From: a virus
IMG/VR virus record: IMGVR_UViG_3300045988_128358
DNA length: 64,000 nucleotides
Reading direction: 5' to 3' (one strand)
Shown: positions 28,805-40,863 of the stretch, one piece after another
How positions within the stretch are numbered: the stretch's first letter is position 1
Layout of the letters: every line of letters starts with the position of its first letter
Position numbers and translations under genes: made by a program
The notes under the pieces: model-generated
Told to the model about the DNA's origin: nothing
What the model saw: only the letters and a program-made list of their open reading frames with translations
Database searches by the model: none

Positions 28805-29797
28805 TTATTTAATACTATAACCAAATTCTTTTGCCTTAAAAAAATCTTGCCAATAATCTTCTCTATCATTTAATTGAGATTTTGTACATTCTTCAATAAT
28901 TTCAAATGAAAAATTTTCAACTCCAACAGTCTGCATAATAGGATAAAGTTTATTGCGGGTCGGAGTATCTGCGCCCAATCCACGCTTAATATGCTGTTTC
29001 CAACGTTCAGCAATATTCGTACTCTGTCCGACATAACACATATTATTTTGTAAATTTGTGATTTTATAAATGCCGCAATGAACGCCAGAACCAATTACTC
29101 TACCAATTAAATCAGTATATGGCTTTTCATAATATGTTTTCCATATAACCTTATTAACAGGCTCAGGATTTCTAAAATGAGAAATAATTTTTCTTAATTC
29201 ACAAATTTCATCTAAATCATCTTGAGTTAAATTTAATTTATAAAAATTAGTTTTATTCTTATTCTCTTCATTGCGTTTATCATATGCAACTGCGGCCTCT
29301 ACCTTATGCCGCAAATCCTCTAACTGAGATTCTTCAAATTGAATTTTTTCATTTAATTTCTTTATCTTTTGGACACTTTCTTGTTCTTTATCCAAATAAT
29401 CCTGTACCAAATCTTTGGCTAATTCTTCATAGCTATCTTCTAAGCTATGTTTAGTGTCCATAAAAATAGCATGAATTTCTTCTGTATCAGTATGAAATTT
29501 TTGTTTATAAAAATCAAGCATTTGTTGATAATATTTTTTCGCACTTTCTTCTGAAGTCTTATATTCTTTATCAACATCTTGTTTTAATTGTTTATATTCT
29601 TGCAATTTTTGTTCATATTGTTCTTTTAAGTAATCCGTTCTTTGCTCCATTGCTTGTAACTCAAATTGAACGGCTTTATTCTTTTCAAGAATTTCTTTAT
29701 CTTCCTCTTGAGTAACTTTGACTTTTGGTTGCATAAACAGATATACTAACCCAGCCCCCAATATAAGACAAAAAATTGCTATAATTGCAGTAATCAT
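28805..29797 (-). CDS. membrane-anchored coiled-coil protein with C-terminal GIY-YIG nuclease domain
   Basis: N-terminal TM helix ITAIIAIFCLILGAGLVYLF, then a long E/K/Q-rich coiled coil. C-terminal GIYKITNLQNNMCYVGQS...R...E...N GIY-YIG. Confidence 0.7.
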   Translation of the reverse strand: MITAIIAIFCLILGAGLVYLFMQPKVKVTQEEDKEILEKNKAVQFELQAMEQRTDYLKEQYEQKLQEYKQLKQDVDKEYKTSEESAKKYYQQMLDFYKQKFHTDTEEIHAIFMDTKHSLEDSYEELAKDLVQDYLDKEQESVQKIKKLNEKIQFEESQLEDLRHKVEAAVAYDKRNEENKNKTNFYKLNLTQDDLDEICELRKIISHFRNPEPVNKVIWKTYYEKPYTDLIGRVIGSGVHCGIYKITNLQNNMCYVGQSTNIAERWKQHIKRGLGADTPTRNKLYPIMQTVGVENFSFEIIEECTKSQLNDREDYWQDFFKAKEFGYSIK

Positions 29798-29864
29798 ATT
29801 TTTGTTAAAAAAAGAGATAAGTATTACCTTATCTCTTTTAATTTATATTACAAAAATAATTTAA

Positions 29865-30140
29865 TTACTCAGCTTCATCTTCAGCGTCTGGGTCGAAGCT
29901 CATGCCAGCTGGTGTAAGAGACAAGAACTTAACTGCCTTATGACTTCCGTCCTCAAGCTCAACTTCTGCAGGAGTACGAACTCCAAGACCTTTTCTCTGA
30001 ATAGCGGAAGTAAAGATTCCATCTACACGTTTCTTCTCAATTCCGAGTGCCTCCGCTACATCTGCTGCTGTAACCTTTGCATCTCCGATAGTCTTTAAAT
30101 ACTCAAATACTTTACGTGAATTTTCTTTCATTTTTGCCAT
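29865..30140 (-). CDS. hypothetical protein
   Basis: 91-aa acidic C-terminus. Confidence 0.45.
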   Translation of the reverse strand: MAKMKENSRKVFEYLKTIGDAKVTAADVAEALGIEKKRVDGIFTSAIQRKGLGVRTPAEVELEDGSHKAVKFLSLTPAGMSFDPDAEDEAE

Positions 30141-30246
30141 AATAACAAATCTCCTTTTAATTAAATAATTTTATTGTTTGTGTAATTTTCTAAGCTCTCT
30201 TAGCTTATGTAATTATTATATCAAAAAAATATTTTTAAGTCAAGAA

Positions 30247-30435
30247 TTATTTTTCTAAAATTTTCTGAACCATCTCATCGACGCGTTCCATTTCCTCTAA
30301 TGAGGAGAGTTTACTGGATAAAGCAATTATTGTATCCATCGCATATGTTCTTTCCTTTTGATCAGTGGAATTCTGAATAGTTAATTCAGCCTTTGCGATT
30401 TGTTTAGCCAAATTCTTGATTTCTTTCTTATTCAT
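30247..30435 (-). CDS. hypothetical protein
   Basis: 62 aa. Promoter 30470..30498 lies upstream. Confidence 0.4.
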   Translation of the reverse strand: MNKKEIKNLAKQIAKAELTIQNSTDQKERTYAMDTIIALSSKLSSLEEMERVDEMVQKILEK

Positions 30436-30469
30436 ATTTTTTTTCTATCCTTATCTTTATTACAATTTA

Positions 30470-32434
<1,965 letters not shown>

Positions 32435-32476
32435 TTATTCTCCTTTTGGAAAAGATAAGTGGGAAATAAATCCCAC

Positions 32477-34855
32477 TTAAATTTTTGTCACAGAAGTAAT
32501 TTCTCCGTTCTTAATTAACTGATTACCAGTTGCAATTCTACTTGCGAGAGGAATATCTTTTGCGGAAATACAGATTGAACTTAATTTGCCAACAACAAGA
32601 ATATTATCCTCGTCCGCAACTAAAGCACCAGAAACAACTGTTCCTGTTTCATCTGTTGGCTTATAAATAATCAAACCTTTTCCCGCACGTTTTTGAAGAA
32701 CTAATTCATCCATTTCAATCTTCTTTCCGAGACCTTTAGAAGAAAAGATTGCAATGTAATCTGTTTTATTACGAACTGGCAATGCCGCAACTACAAAATC
32801 ATCTTTCTTTAAAGTGATTCCTTTAACACCGGCTGTTGCTCTACCAGAAGCTGAAATTTCTCCAGAATTAATCTTAATTCCCATACCATTAGAAGTTAAA
32901 AGAACTAAATCTTCATCTTTAACAAGATTTACAGATACCAATGTGTCATCCTCTTTAAGATTAATAGCAATAATTCCAGTCTTTTTCTTTGTATTTGTAT
33001 ATTCCTCTAATGAAGTTTTCTTTGTAATTCCATTTTTTGTTACAAATAATAAATATTTTGCATCAGTATCTCTATAAATAGAATAGATTAAATTAGGCTC
33101 TTCATCCATATCCATTGCAATCAAAGACTTAATTGACTGACCTTTAGACACATTTGTACCTACTGGAATATCATTTACAAGGATACGATACATTTTTCCT
33201 TTTGTTGTAAATACCATAAGAGAATCAATAGTATTAGTACGGATTGTAGTTTTTACAACATCGCCTTGTGTTTTAACACCTTTACCATTTCTCCTTTGAG
33301 TTCTAAAACTTGCAGAAGGAATACGTTTAATTAAACCATCTTCTGTCATTACAACAACACATTTTTCTGGTTCTACATATGCAATTTCTTTTTCCTCTTT
33401 TGTGATATTCACCTGTGTGATTGTAGTTCTACGAGCATCTCCATATGAGGTTTTAATCTCAGTGAAATTCTTTTTCATCTCTGGAACTGGATTTAAAAGA
33501 ATCTGATTCAATTCACCTTCTTTAATTAATAAAGAATCTTTTTCATTCCTTATTTCAACAGACTCTAATTTTGCTAAACGAGATAATTTCATATCCAAAA
33601 TTGCTTTAGACTGTGCTTCACTAAGATTATATTTATTCATAAGAACAACTTTTGCTTCAGCCGCACTTGCAGACTTCTTAATAAGTGAAATGATATTATC
33701 AATATCTTCTAAAGCAATAAGCAATCCTTCAAGAATATGAATTTTAGCCTGAACTTTTTCAATATCAAATTTAGTTTTTCTTAAAAGAACATCTTTTTGA
33801 TGCTCAATATAGTTCTCTAATAATTGTTTGATATTAAGAAGTCTTGGCTTTTTGTCAACCAATGCAACTTGGTTGAATGAATACGTACTTTCAAGTCTTG
33901 TGGACTTAAAAAGTTTTGCAATAATTGGAGCTGCTGACACTCCTTTTCCCAATTCAATGACAAACCTGACACCTTTTTGGTTTGATTCATCGCGAATCGT
34001 TGTAATGCCATTAATCTCACCTTGTTCGCAAAGGTTGTCAATTTCAACAGTTAAGTCCTCCTTTGAAACCTTATAAGGCATTGAAGTAAAAACAATACTA
34101 TCTCCAGCCTTAGATGACTCTATTACATACTCTCCTCGGATTCTGGCACGTCCTTTTCCTGTAAGATAAGCTGTTTCAAGTTCATCCTTGTTAATAAGTA
34201 ATCCACCTGTTGGAAAGTCTGGACCTTTAATATAATTTAAAAGTTCTCTAATATCACATTCTGGATTTTCCAAAAGATGAATAGCTGCATCCATAACTTC
34301 TGATAAATTATGCGGAGCAAATGAACAAGCCATTGCCCATGCAATTCCAGAAGTACCATTTACAATAAGATTTGGAATGCGGCCAGGTAAATAAATTGGC
34401 TCCTGCTCTTCATCTGTATAAGCATTCATCCAATCTACTGTATTCTTTTTAATATCTGCAAGCATTTCTTCTCCGAGTTTAGAAAGCTTACACTCTGTAT
34501 ACCTGTATGCAGCTGGTTCATCACCATCTCGACTTCCATTATTACCATGCCAAGAAATAAGTGGATATCTCATATTCCACTCTTGTGACATCCATACTAA
34601 TGCACCATAAATAGAACTATCACCATGTGGGTGAAATCTACCCATTGTATCTCCGACTGGCTGAGCGCACTTTACAAATTTCTTATTATTCATAAAACCT
34701 TTATCAAACATATCATATAAAATACGTCTATTAACAGGTTTTAATCCATCCTCTGCTGAAGGTAAAGCTCGATCTGAAATAATACTCATTCCATAATCAA
34801 GTAAACTCTGTTCAATTTCATCTTTAATATTTACTTGAATAATATTCTCACTCAT
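32477..34855 (-). CDS. type II topoisomerase subunit A (GyrA-like)
   Basis: ALPSAEDGLKPVNRRILY and HPHGDSSIYGALVWMSQ, with the active-site AAYRYTE. A C-terminal beta-pinwheel-like repeat region follows. Confidence 0.9.
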   Translation of the reverse strand: MSENIIQVNIKDEIEQSLLDYGMSIISDRALPSAEDGLKPVNRRILYDMFDKGFMNNKKFVKCAQPVGDTMGRFHPHGDSSIYGALVWMSQEWNMRYPLISWHGNNGSRDGDEPAAYRYTECKLSKLGEEMLADIKKNTVDWMNAYTDEEQEPIYLPGRIPNLIVNGTSGIAWAMACSFAPHNLSEVMDAAIHLLENPECDIRELLNYIKGPDFPTGGLLINKDELETAYLTGKGRARIRGEYVIESSKAGDSIVFTSMPYKVSKEDLTVEIDNLCEQGEINGITTIRDESNQKGVRFVIELGKGVSAAPIIAKLFKSTRLESTYSFNQVALVDKKPRLLNIKQLLENYIEHQKDVLLRKTKFDIEKVQAKIHILEGLLIALEDIDNIISLIKKSASAAEAKVVLMNKYNLSEAQSKAILDMKLSRLAKLESVEIRNEKDSLLIKEGELNQILLNPVPEMKKNFTEIKTSYGDARRTTITQVNITKEEKEIAYVEPEKCVVVMTEDGLIKRIPSASFRTQRRNGKGVKTQGDVVKTTIRTNTIDSLMVFTTKGKMYRILVNDIPVGTNVSKGQSIKSLIAMDMDEEPNLIYSIYRDTDAKYLLFVTKNGITKKTSLEEYTNTKKKTGIIAINLKEDDTLVSVNLVKDEDLVLLTSNGMGIKINSGEISASGRATAGVKGITLKKDDFVVAALPVRNKTDYIAIFSSKGLGKKIEMDELVLQKRAGKGLIIYKPTDETGTVVSGALVADEDNILVVGKLSSICISAKDIPLASRIATGNQLIKNGEITSVTKI

Positions 34856-35133
34856 TAAAACTCTCCCTTATCAAATAATTCTTTATAATATTGCATTTTT
34901 ACATCCATCAAACTTTCATCTATAACTCTTTCTATAAAAGTATAAATTGAATCAGCGCTAACAACAACATCTTCTGATGGAACATATAAATAACCAGAAC
35001 CAGTATTTAAAAGAGGATTTTGTGTACGATATTCTTTCATATATTTATCATACTCTTCTTTCGTCATAGGTTCTTCAACTGATTTAACAAATTGTAGTAA
35101 TTGTTTTTTTAACTGCTCTTTATTTTTATCCAT
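34855..35133 (-). CDS. hypothetical protein
   Basis: 92 aa. Promoter 35141..35169 lies upstream. Confidence 0.45.
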   Translation of the reverse strand: MDKNKEQLKKQLLQFVKSVEEPMTKEEYDKYMKEYRTQNPLLNTGSGYLYVPSEDVVVSADSIYTFIERVIDESLMDVKMQYYKELFDKGEF

Positions 35134-35140
35134 ATATAAT

Positions 35141-35169
35141 ATATTACCATAAAAAAATTAAATTGTCAA
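35141..35169 (-). promoter_or_regulatory. sigma70-like promoter TTGACA-N17-TAATAT
   Basis: -35 at 35164..35169 and -10 at 35141..35146. Confidence 0.5.
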
Positions 35170-35604
35170 ATAGTTACCAGGTTTAATCTTGCCTGTTGCC
35201 AGATTATCTGCCAGCTCATTAAATGGATTTTTAGAATGACCTTTTACTTTTACAAAAGTAACTTCAATCATTTTAGATACTTCAAAAAAAGCCTGCACAA
35301 CCTCTAAATTTTCAGGCGTTTTTCCATCTCCTTTAACCCATCCATTCTTTTCCCAATTATACATCCAGTTTGAAAAAGTATTAATTGCATATGCAGAATC
35401 AGAGTAAATTAATACATCTTCTTTAGCTAATACTCCTTGACAGGCCGCATAAAGAATAGCTTTCATTTCCTGCTCATTATTAGTTGTATTATCTTGTCTA
35501 CTGGAATATGTACTTAAAATATTGCCTTCTGTATCAACTTGAACAACTCCAAAGCCACCTGGACCTGGATTTGGGCTTGCAGAACCGTCTGTATAAAATA
35601 TCAT
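35158..35604 (-). CDS. rnhA: ribonuclease H
   Basis: RNase HI motifs YTDGSASPNPGPGGFG, YSDSAYAIN, VKGHSKNPFNELADNLA. Confidence 0.85.
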   Translation of the reverse strand: MIFYTDGSASPNPGPGGFGVVQVDTEGNILSTYSSRQDNTTNNEQEMKAILYAACQGVLAKEDVLIYSDSAYAINTFSNWMYNWEKNGWVKGDGKTPENLEVVQAFFEVSKMIEVTFVKVKGHSKNPFNELADNLATGKIKPGNYLTI

Positions 35605-35606
35605 AT

Positions 35607-35873
35607 TTACTCCTTTACTTCAATACCTGTATTGCACAAATCTCCAATTACATCATTGTGCGGAAAATATTGCTGCCATAACTTAAATTGTTCAGCAACA
35701 GTATCTATATCTAAATCAAATTTACTTACATCAAAATGTAAAATTATTTTATCCCCATCTTTTATAGGCGTTATTTTAGTAATTGCAGCCATGTCTGGTT
35801 TCTGAGAAAAATCTCCAGCTAATTCAATTATCTTTTTTTCTTCCATTCTGTTACCTCTTTTAAAACTGTACAT
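35607..35873 (-). CDS. hypothetical protein
   Basis: 88-aa ORF. Confidence 0.4.
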   Translation of the reverse strand: MYSFKRGNRMEEKKIIELAGDFSQKPDMAAITKITPIKDGDKIILHFDVSKFDLDIDTVAEQFKLWQQYFPHNDVIGDLCNTGIEVKE

Positions 35874-36187
35874 TTTTCAACTTCAGTAATATTATCATCA
35901 AAGTCATAATAATCTTCTTGCATTTCTGTTAAGCCTCTGTCATAGCAAACAGAAAAATAGCGTCCATTAATACAAACAACCCCTTCTACAATTTGATTCC
36001 ATCTACGAGGTTCATCATATGACTCATCTGATAATCCATATTCCCATATAAGAAATTGAGTTATTGTACCATAATCATAAACATCACTAAAATTATTTTT
36101 AGGTTTGCCCGCTTCATACCATTTTAAAAATTGGGGTTCAAAGTGTTCTGACTCTTCTGGTACAAATTCAAATATTTTTGTTTCCAT
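35828..36187 (-). CDS. hypothetical protein
   Basis: 119-aa ORF. Confidence 0.4.
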   Translation of the reverse strand: METKIFEFVPEESEHFEPQFLKWYEAGKPKNNFSDVYDYGTITQFLIWEYGLSDESYDEPRRWNQIVEGVVCINGRYFSVCYDRGLTEMQEDYYDFDDNITEVEKCTVLKEVTEWKKKR

Positions 36188-36283
36188 TTAATAACCTCTT
36201 TAGCTTTTAAATAATCTTTCCACACTTTTGGAGTTACATGTATCCAGCCGTCTTCAACTCCAACGGCCAGATACATTGCATCA

Positions 36284-36471
36284 TTATACGTCAATATTTG
36301 CTCTCCACGCATTTTCTTCGATAAATTTCTTTCTGTAAACAACTGACTCACCCATCAATCCCATAAAAGTTTTAGCAGCTTCTTCTGCATCTTCCATGCA
36401 TATCTGTTTAAGAGTTCTGGTCTCTGGGTTCATAACTGTTTCTGCCATTTCGGACGGGTCCATCTCGCCTA
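36284..36471 (-). CDS. GyrB-like topoisomerase subunit, exon 3 (C-terminal tail)
   Basis: Hand translation (L)GEMDPSEMAETVMNPETRTLKQ...ENAWRANIDV* matches the GyrB C-terminus GLGEMNPEQLWETTMDP...ENALKAANIDI. Absent from the ORF track because it has no Met. Confidence 0.8.
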
Positions 36472-37504
36472 CGTATTACTCCAATGTCACCATTGGTACT
36501 GACTATTTCTTCACTCCGGCTAACGTATTAACTGCCTTCATCATGTCCACCTTTTTGAAATACGTATCAATAGTATTTCTACTTCCCGACAAAGGGAATA
36601 GTCGATACAGGCTTAAACTATAATTTTTTTCCAATTTCTATAAGACCAAACATTTTCAAAAGATTTATAAGTTAATTTGTCAGAATAATCATTGTAAACG
36701 GAAGATAACTGCTCTCCATTTTTCTTTCTTAAGCGAATATTTTTAACATCTTCTTCTGTTAATTTAGACCTTCCGTTTTTAGAACCTACATTTGAAGTAT
36801 TATGAGCATGAAAATCTTTATTTTCTTTGGTATAAACTTCTGGCATTATTGTTTTCCATGTTGAACCATTCCAAATTTTATGAAAGCCAGATTCCCCAAT
36901 TAAATGAGCATATAATAAATAAACGTCTTTTTTTCTTTCGTGATTTTTATATCTCGTTCTAATATCAATCACATCCTTTTCAGTTAATTTATGACTTGGA
37001 TGACATTCACCTGCATTAAATTGTCCTCCTTGAGTCATATTATATTGATTAGGATATGTATTATAATATCCAATCCAATATTGTTCTTTATCATTTAATT
37101 CTTCTTTTTTGCATTCTTCTAAAACGGAAAAATCAAAATTTTGTAATCCAAATTGAATAAATGCTTTATAAAGACTTTTATTAGATTCTCTTGCCCAATT
37201 TGTAGGATTTTTATGTTCTATAAATCTTTCTTCTATTTGAGTGCTTTGTCCAATATAAGCATCTCCATTAATTTTGTTTGTTATCTTATAAATTCCTATC
37301 ATATTGAATACCTCACATAATAAAATGTAAGATAATCTCTTATAGTTTTTTCCCACGAGATTATCTCCAATAATATTTAAGTTTTATCCATTTCAGGATT
37401 TCCTGAAATACCCAAAATATTTTGAAGACTGCCTCGTTAGCTATTATCTAAGATAATAACCCCTCTGATTAGAGGAAAAGTGGATAAGGGCCAGACTATC
37501 TCTT
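36472..37504 (-). mobile_element. group I intron (gyrB-like intron 2) carrying a GIY-YIG homing endonuclease
   Basis: Exon 2 ends ...AAAGGGU and exon 3 begins UAGGCGAGAUG, so splicing gives RMKG-L-GEM in frame. The intron ends in G. Core elements lie at 36484..36512 and 36591..36613. Confidence 0.8.
36613..37356 (-). CDS. GIY-YIG homing endonuclease (intron-encoded)
   Basis: IGIYKITNKINGDAYIGQS forms the GIY-YIG N-terminus. Lys-rich NUMOD-like C-terminal modules follow. Confidence 0.85.
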   Translation of the reverse strand: MGKNYKRLSYILLCEVFNMIGIYKITNKINGDAYIGQSTQIEERFIEHKNPTNWARESNKSLYKAFIQFGLQNFDFSVLEECKKEELNDKEQYWIGYYNTYPNQYNMTQGGQFNAGECHPSHKLTEKDVIDIRTRYKNHERKKDVYLLYAHLIGESGFHKIWNGSTWKTIMPEVYTKENKDFHAHNTSNVGSKNGRSKLTEEDVKNIRLRKKNGEQLSSVYNDYSDKLTYKSFENVWSYRNWKKIIV

Positions 37505-37706
37505 ACCCTTTCATACGACCCAGCTCAAAAGATTTTTTAGCTGTCTTTCTGAACTCTTCAAGAGCCGCATCATCTTTCAGATAAGTAATCTTAGTTCCCT
37601 GTGTAACTTTATAAAGTGGAGGAACAGCTGCAAAAATATATCCATCTTCAATTAACTGTGGAGCAAATTTCCAAATGAATGTTAAAAACAATGCTCTAAT
37701 ATGTGA
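37505..37706 (-). CDS. GyrB-like subunit, exon 2
   Basis: SHIRALFLTFIWKFAPQLIEDGYIFAAVPPLYKV matches GyrB SHIRTLLLTFF...GHVYIAQPPLYKV. Confidence 0.8.
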
Positions 37707-38796
37707 CATTTATTCCAATATTACTATTGGCACTGACTATCTTTTACTTGATAAATTTTATTTTATCAAGGAAACCATTTCGGCTTTTAACAGGCTTCGT
37801 TTCCTAAAACCTGGCTGCGTATCAATAGCAGTCCTACTCCCCCGCCCAAAAGGCCTGGGGGATAGTCGATACAGGTTCAAATATTAATCCATTTTTTCTC
37901 TTTTTTCTTGTAAATTGGTAAATGAGAATAATGTCTTCCCCATAATAATTGCTGTAAAGTTTGATAAGACATTATATCCTTATAGTCTTCATAAATCTCT
38001 CTTGCAGATTCTTTAACATATCTTTTTCTTATTTTTATAACTTCTTCATCTGTAAGATTAGAATTTTTTCCATTTTGTCCTTGACTATTTTTATAGATAT
38101 AATAATTTTTATTTTCTTCTGTAAAAACTTCTGGCATTACATTACTCCAAATCCTTCCTTGCCAAACATTTTGGAAATGTCCAAAAGAAATTTTATCAGA
38201 AAATAATTCATATACTTCAGATTGTTTCTTATGATTGTTATAAGCTTTTCTAATTAAAATAACATCTTTTTCGGTTAATTTACTTCTACCATTATTTTCT
38301 CCAGAAGATTGAGAACTCCCACCATCATTGCAATTATATCCATCTTCTTTTGTATGATATTTTTTTATCCAATATGTTTCTTTTTCATTTAATTCTTCTA
38401 ACTTACATTCTTCAACTATATCATAAGAAAACATATCTTTTCCATATTTTTTAATTGCAATATCAACTGGAATTCTACTCGATTCTCCTTTTTGTTGATG
38501 TTCTTTAAATCTTCTTTCTATATTATTACTTTGTCCAATATAAGTTTTACCATTTACAAGGTTTGTAATTTTATATATACCTATCACTTTTATTTCTCCT
38601 TAATTATTATATTAAGAAGAAAGGATTAATATAAGTTTCCCACGGGATTAAGTTAATAACCCTTCCCCGTTAGCATAAAATCTTTTCTTCTCAATATTAT
38701 ATGATGAATGTACATATCACATATAATATCTCTGACCAAAAAATTTTATACCCGCTTTGATGATTAAGCGAAAAGTTTTTCACTGGCCCACATTTG
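37707..38796 (-). mobile_element. group I intron (gyrB-like intron 1) carrying a GIY-YIG homing endonuclease
   Basis: Exon 1 ends GAUGUAGAUGGU (DADVDG) and exon 2 starts UCACAUAUU (SHI), restoring DADVDGSHIR. The intron ends in G. Core elements lie at 37717..37745 and 37857..37880. Confidence 0.8.
37877..38587 (-). CDS. GIY-YIG homing endonuclease (intron-encoded)
   Basis: MIGIYKITNLVNGKTYIGQSNNIERRFKEH is the GIY-YIG N-terminus. Confidence 0.85.
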   Translation of the reverse strand: MIGIYKITNLVNGKTYIGQSNNIERRFKEHQQKGESSRIPVDIAIKKYGKDMFSYDIVEECKLEELNEKETYWIKKYHTKEDGYNCNDGGSSQSSGENNGRSKLTEKDVILIRKAYNNHKKQSEVYELFSDKISFGHFQNVWQGRIWSNVMPEVFTEENKNYYIYKNSQGQNGKNSNLTDEEVIKIRKRYVKESAREIYEDYKDIMSYQTLQQLLWGRHYSHLPIYKKKEKKWINI

Positions 38797-40305
38797 ACCA
38801 TCTACATCCGCATCGGCTGTAATAACAATTTTACCGTAACGTAATTTATCTTTATTTACAATTACTTTTCCATCCTTAATTTCAAGTCCAAAAGCAGTAA
38901 TCATACCATCAATTTCTGCATTCTTTAATGCCTTCGCGAGGTCAGCCTTAAGGACGTTAAGAATCTTTCCTCTTACGGGGAACACAGCCTGGGTAGCTCT
39001 ATCTCTGGCTTCTTTTGTTGAACCGGCCGCAGATTTTCCCTCTACAATAAATACTTCACAAGAAGCTCTATTTCGAGAACTCGCATCTGCTAATGTACCA
39101 GGCATTACTGCTCTCTTCTTAACATCTGCTTTACGAACTGTTTCTTTAGCTTTTTTAGCTTTTTCTCTTGCGGCACGTGCTAATAAAGCCTTATTAATAA
39201 TTGCTTTTGCGTCATTAGGATGACTATCAAGCCAAATCGCAATTTCTTTTGATACCAGCTTCTGGACCATTGTACGTCCTTCACTTGAATCAAGTTTCTC
39301 TTTTGTCTGACCAGAAAAGACTGGGTCTGGCATCACAAAAGAAAGAACCAATACAAGACCCTCTTTTAACTCATCGCCTACAATATTAGAATCCTTTTCT
39401 TTAAGAAGTTTATTCTCTCTTGCATAATTATTAATTGCAGAAGTTAATGCAGTTCTAAATCCAGTAAGATGAGTTCCAGCTGTATTTGGAATTGAGTTTG
39501 TATATAATTTATAAGTATCAGTATAACTATCGTTATACAACATTGCTAATTTTACACCAATTCTATCTTCGGAAGCTTCGGCATAAAAAACAGATGTAAT
39601 AGTATTTTTCTTTTTATTTAAATCTTGAATATAATCCAGAATACCATTCTGAGAAACAATTACATCTTCAGCTTTGTCTTTATATTTTAATATAAAAGTC
39701 AATCCAGGAGAAAGATATGCTAATTCCTGAATCTGTCTTTTTAATTCGTCATAATCAAGTGAGATTCCCTCTTTAAAAATCTCAATATCTGGATGAAAAG
39801 TAATAGTTGTTCCAGTATCCTGTCCCGTATACTTTTCAACTTTAAAATCTTTTCTTTCACCTTTTTCAAATGTCATTGTTGCAATTTTACCATCTCTTTT
39901 GGAAGTGACAATAAATTTATCGGATAATGCATTCGTTGCTTTTGCACCAACACCATTCATACCACCAGATGTATTATATCCAGTTTTACCAGAACTATCA
40001 AATTTAGCTCCTGTATGAAGTTTAGTAAAAATATTTTCAAGAGTTTCTGAACCATCTGCGGCTTTTCCAAAAGGAACACCACGTCCATCATCTATTACTG
40101 TTACAACATCATTTTCTGTTACTTCAATATTACACTTTGTACAATATCCATTTAAGTATTCATCAATTACATTGGAAATAATTTCAAGAGTAATATGTCT
40201 AACTCCAGCAGGTCCAACACTACCGATATACATTCCAGCACGTAATCGAATTGCTTCAATACCTTCCAAAGTTTTTATGTCTTTTACACCATAGTTCTCA
40301 GACAT
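38797..40305 (-). CDS. GyrB-like subunit, exon 1 (ATPase + Toprim)
   Basis: GHKL ATPase N-terminus and Toprim EVFIVEGKSAAGS...ITADADVDG. The track ORF reads through into the intron to 38764. Confidence 0.85.
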
Positions 40306-40355
40306 ATAAATCTCCTTTCAACTTTAAAATCATCATTTTTTCTTATCATACATAT

Positions 40356-40384
40356 ATTATAGCATAAAAAAATAATAAAATCAA
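40356..40384 (-). promoter_or_regulatory. sigma70-like promoter TTGATT-N17-TATAAT upstream of the gyrB-like gene
   Basis: -35 at 40379..40384 and -10 at 40356..40361. Confidence 0.55.
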
Positions 40385-40417
40385 TTCTTAAAATTTTAGT
40401 TACGGTCAAAAAAAAAT

Positions 40418-40449
40418 ACCCTAAAAGAGAAAATCTTCTCTTTTAGGGT
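40418..40449 (-). terminator. intrinsic terminator hairpin
   Basis: accctaaaagagaaaatcttctcttttagggt: a perfect stem followed on the minus strand by a T-run, just after the 40460..40861 gene. Confidence 0.55.
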
Positions 40450-40459
40450 TAAAAATTAA

Positions 40460-40861
40460 TTATCCTTTAGCTTTATCTTCGTCAATTTGACGCATTGCTG
40501 TTTCATATGTAATACCGCCTGCGGTATTCTCTTTTGCGGACTTCAATGCATAGACCGCATATCCTACGACCTCACTCACGACCGCACCTATTAATGCGAC
40601 TAATGGAGTGAAATCTGGATTCGCCATGGTAAGAGTTGTTAAATCAAGACTTTTTAAAGTTACAAAGCCTGTGAAAAGTTCTATAATTGTGCAATTTATA
40701 AACAAGAAAAGAATAAGGAGTTTTGAAGTAGATATTTTAGGAAGGAATTGTTTTTTAAATTCTCTTTTTTCTTGTTTTAATTTATATTTTCTTTCAAGAA
40801 CTTCTTTTTCTCTTTGCCAGCGATGTTCTTTGATAGTTATTTCACGTTCTTCTTTAGTCAT
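40460..40861 (-). CDS. putative holin (two TM helices)
   Basis: Two hydrophobic segments LLILFLFINCTIIELFTGFVTL and LVALIGAVVSEVVGYAVYAL. It sits immediately downstream of the endolysin. Confidence 0.4.
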   Translation of the reverse strand: MTKEEREITIKEHRWQREKEVLERKYKLKQEKREFKKQFLPKISTSKLLILFLFINCTIIELFTGFVTLKSLDLTTLTMANPDFTPLVALIGAVVSEVVGYAVYALKSAKENTAGGITYETAMRQIDEDKAKG

Positions 40862-40863
40862 AA

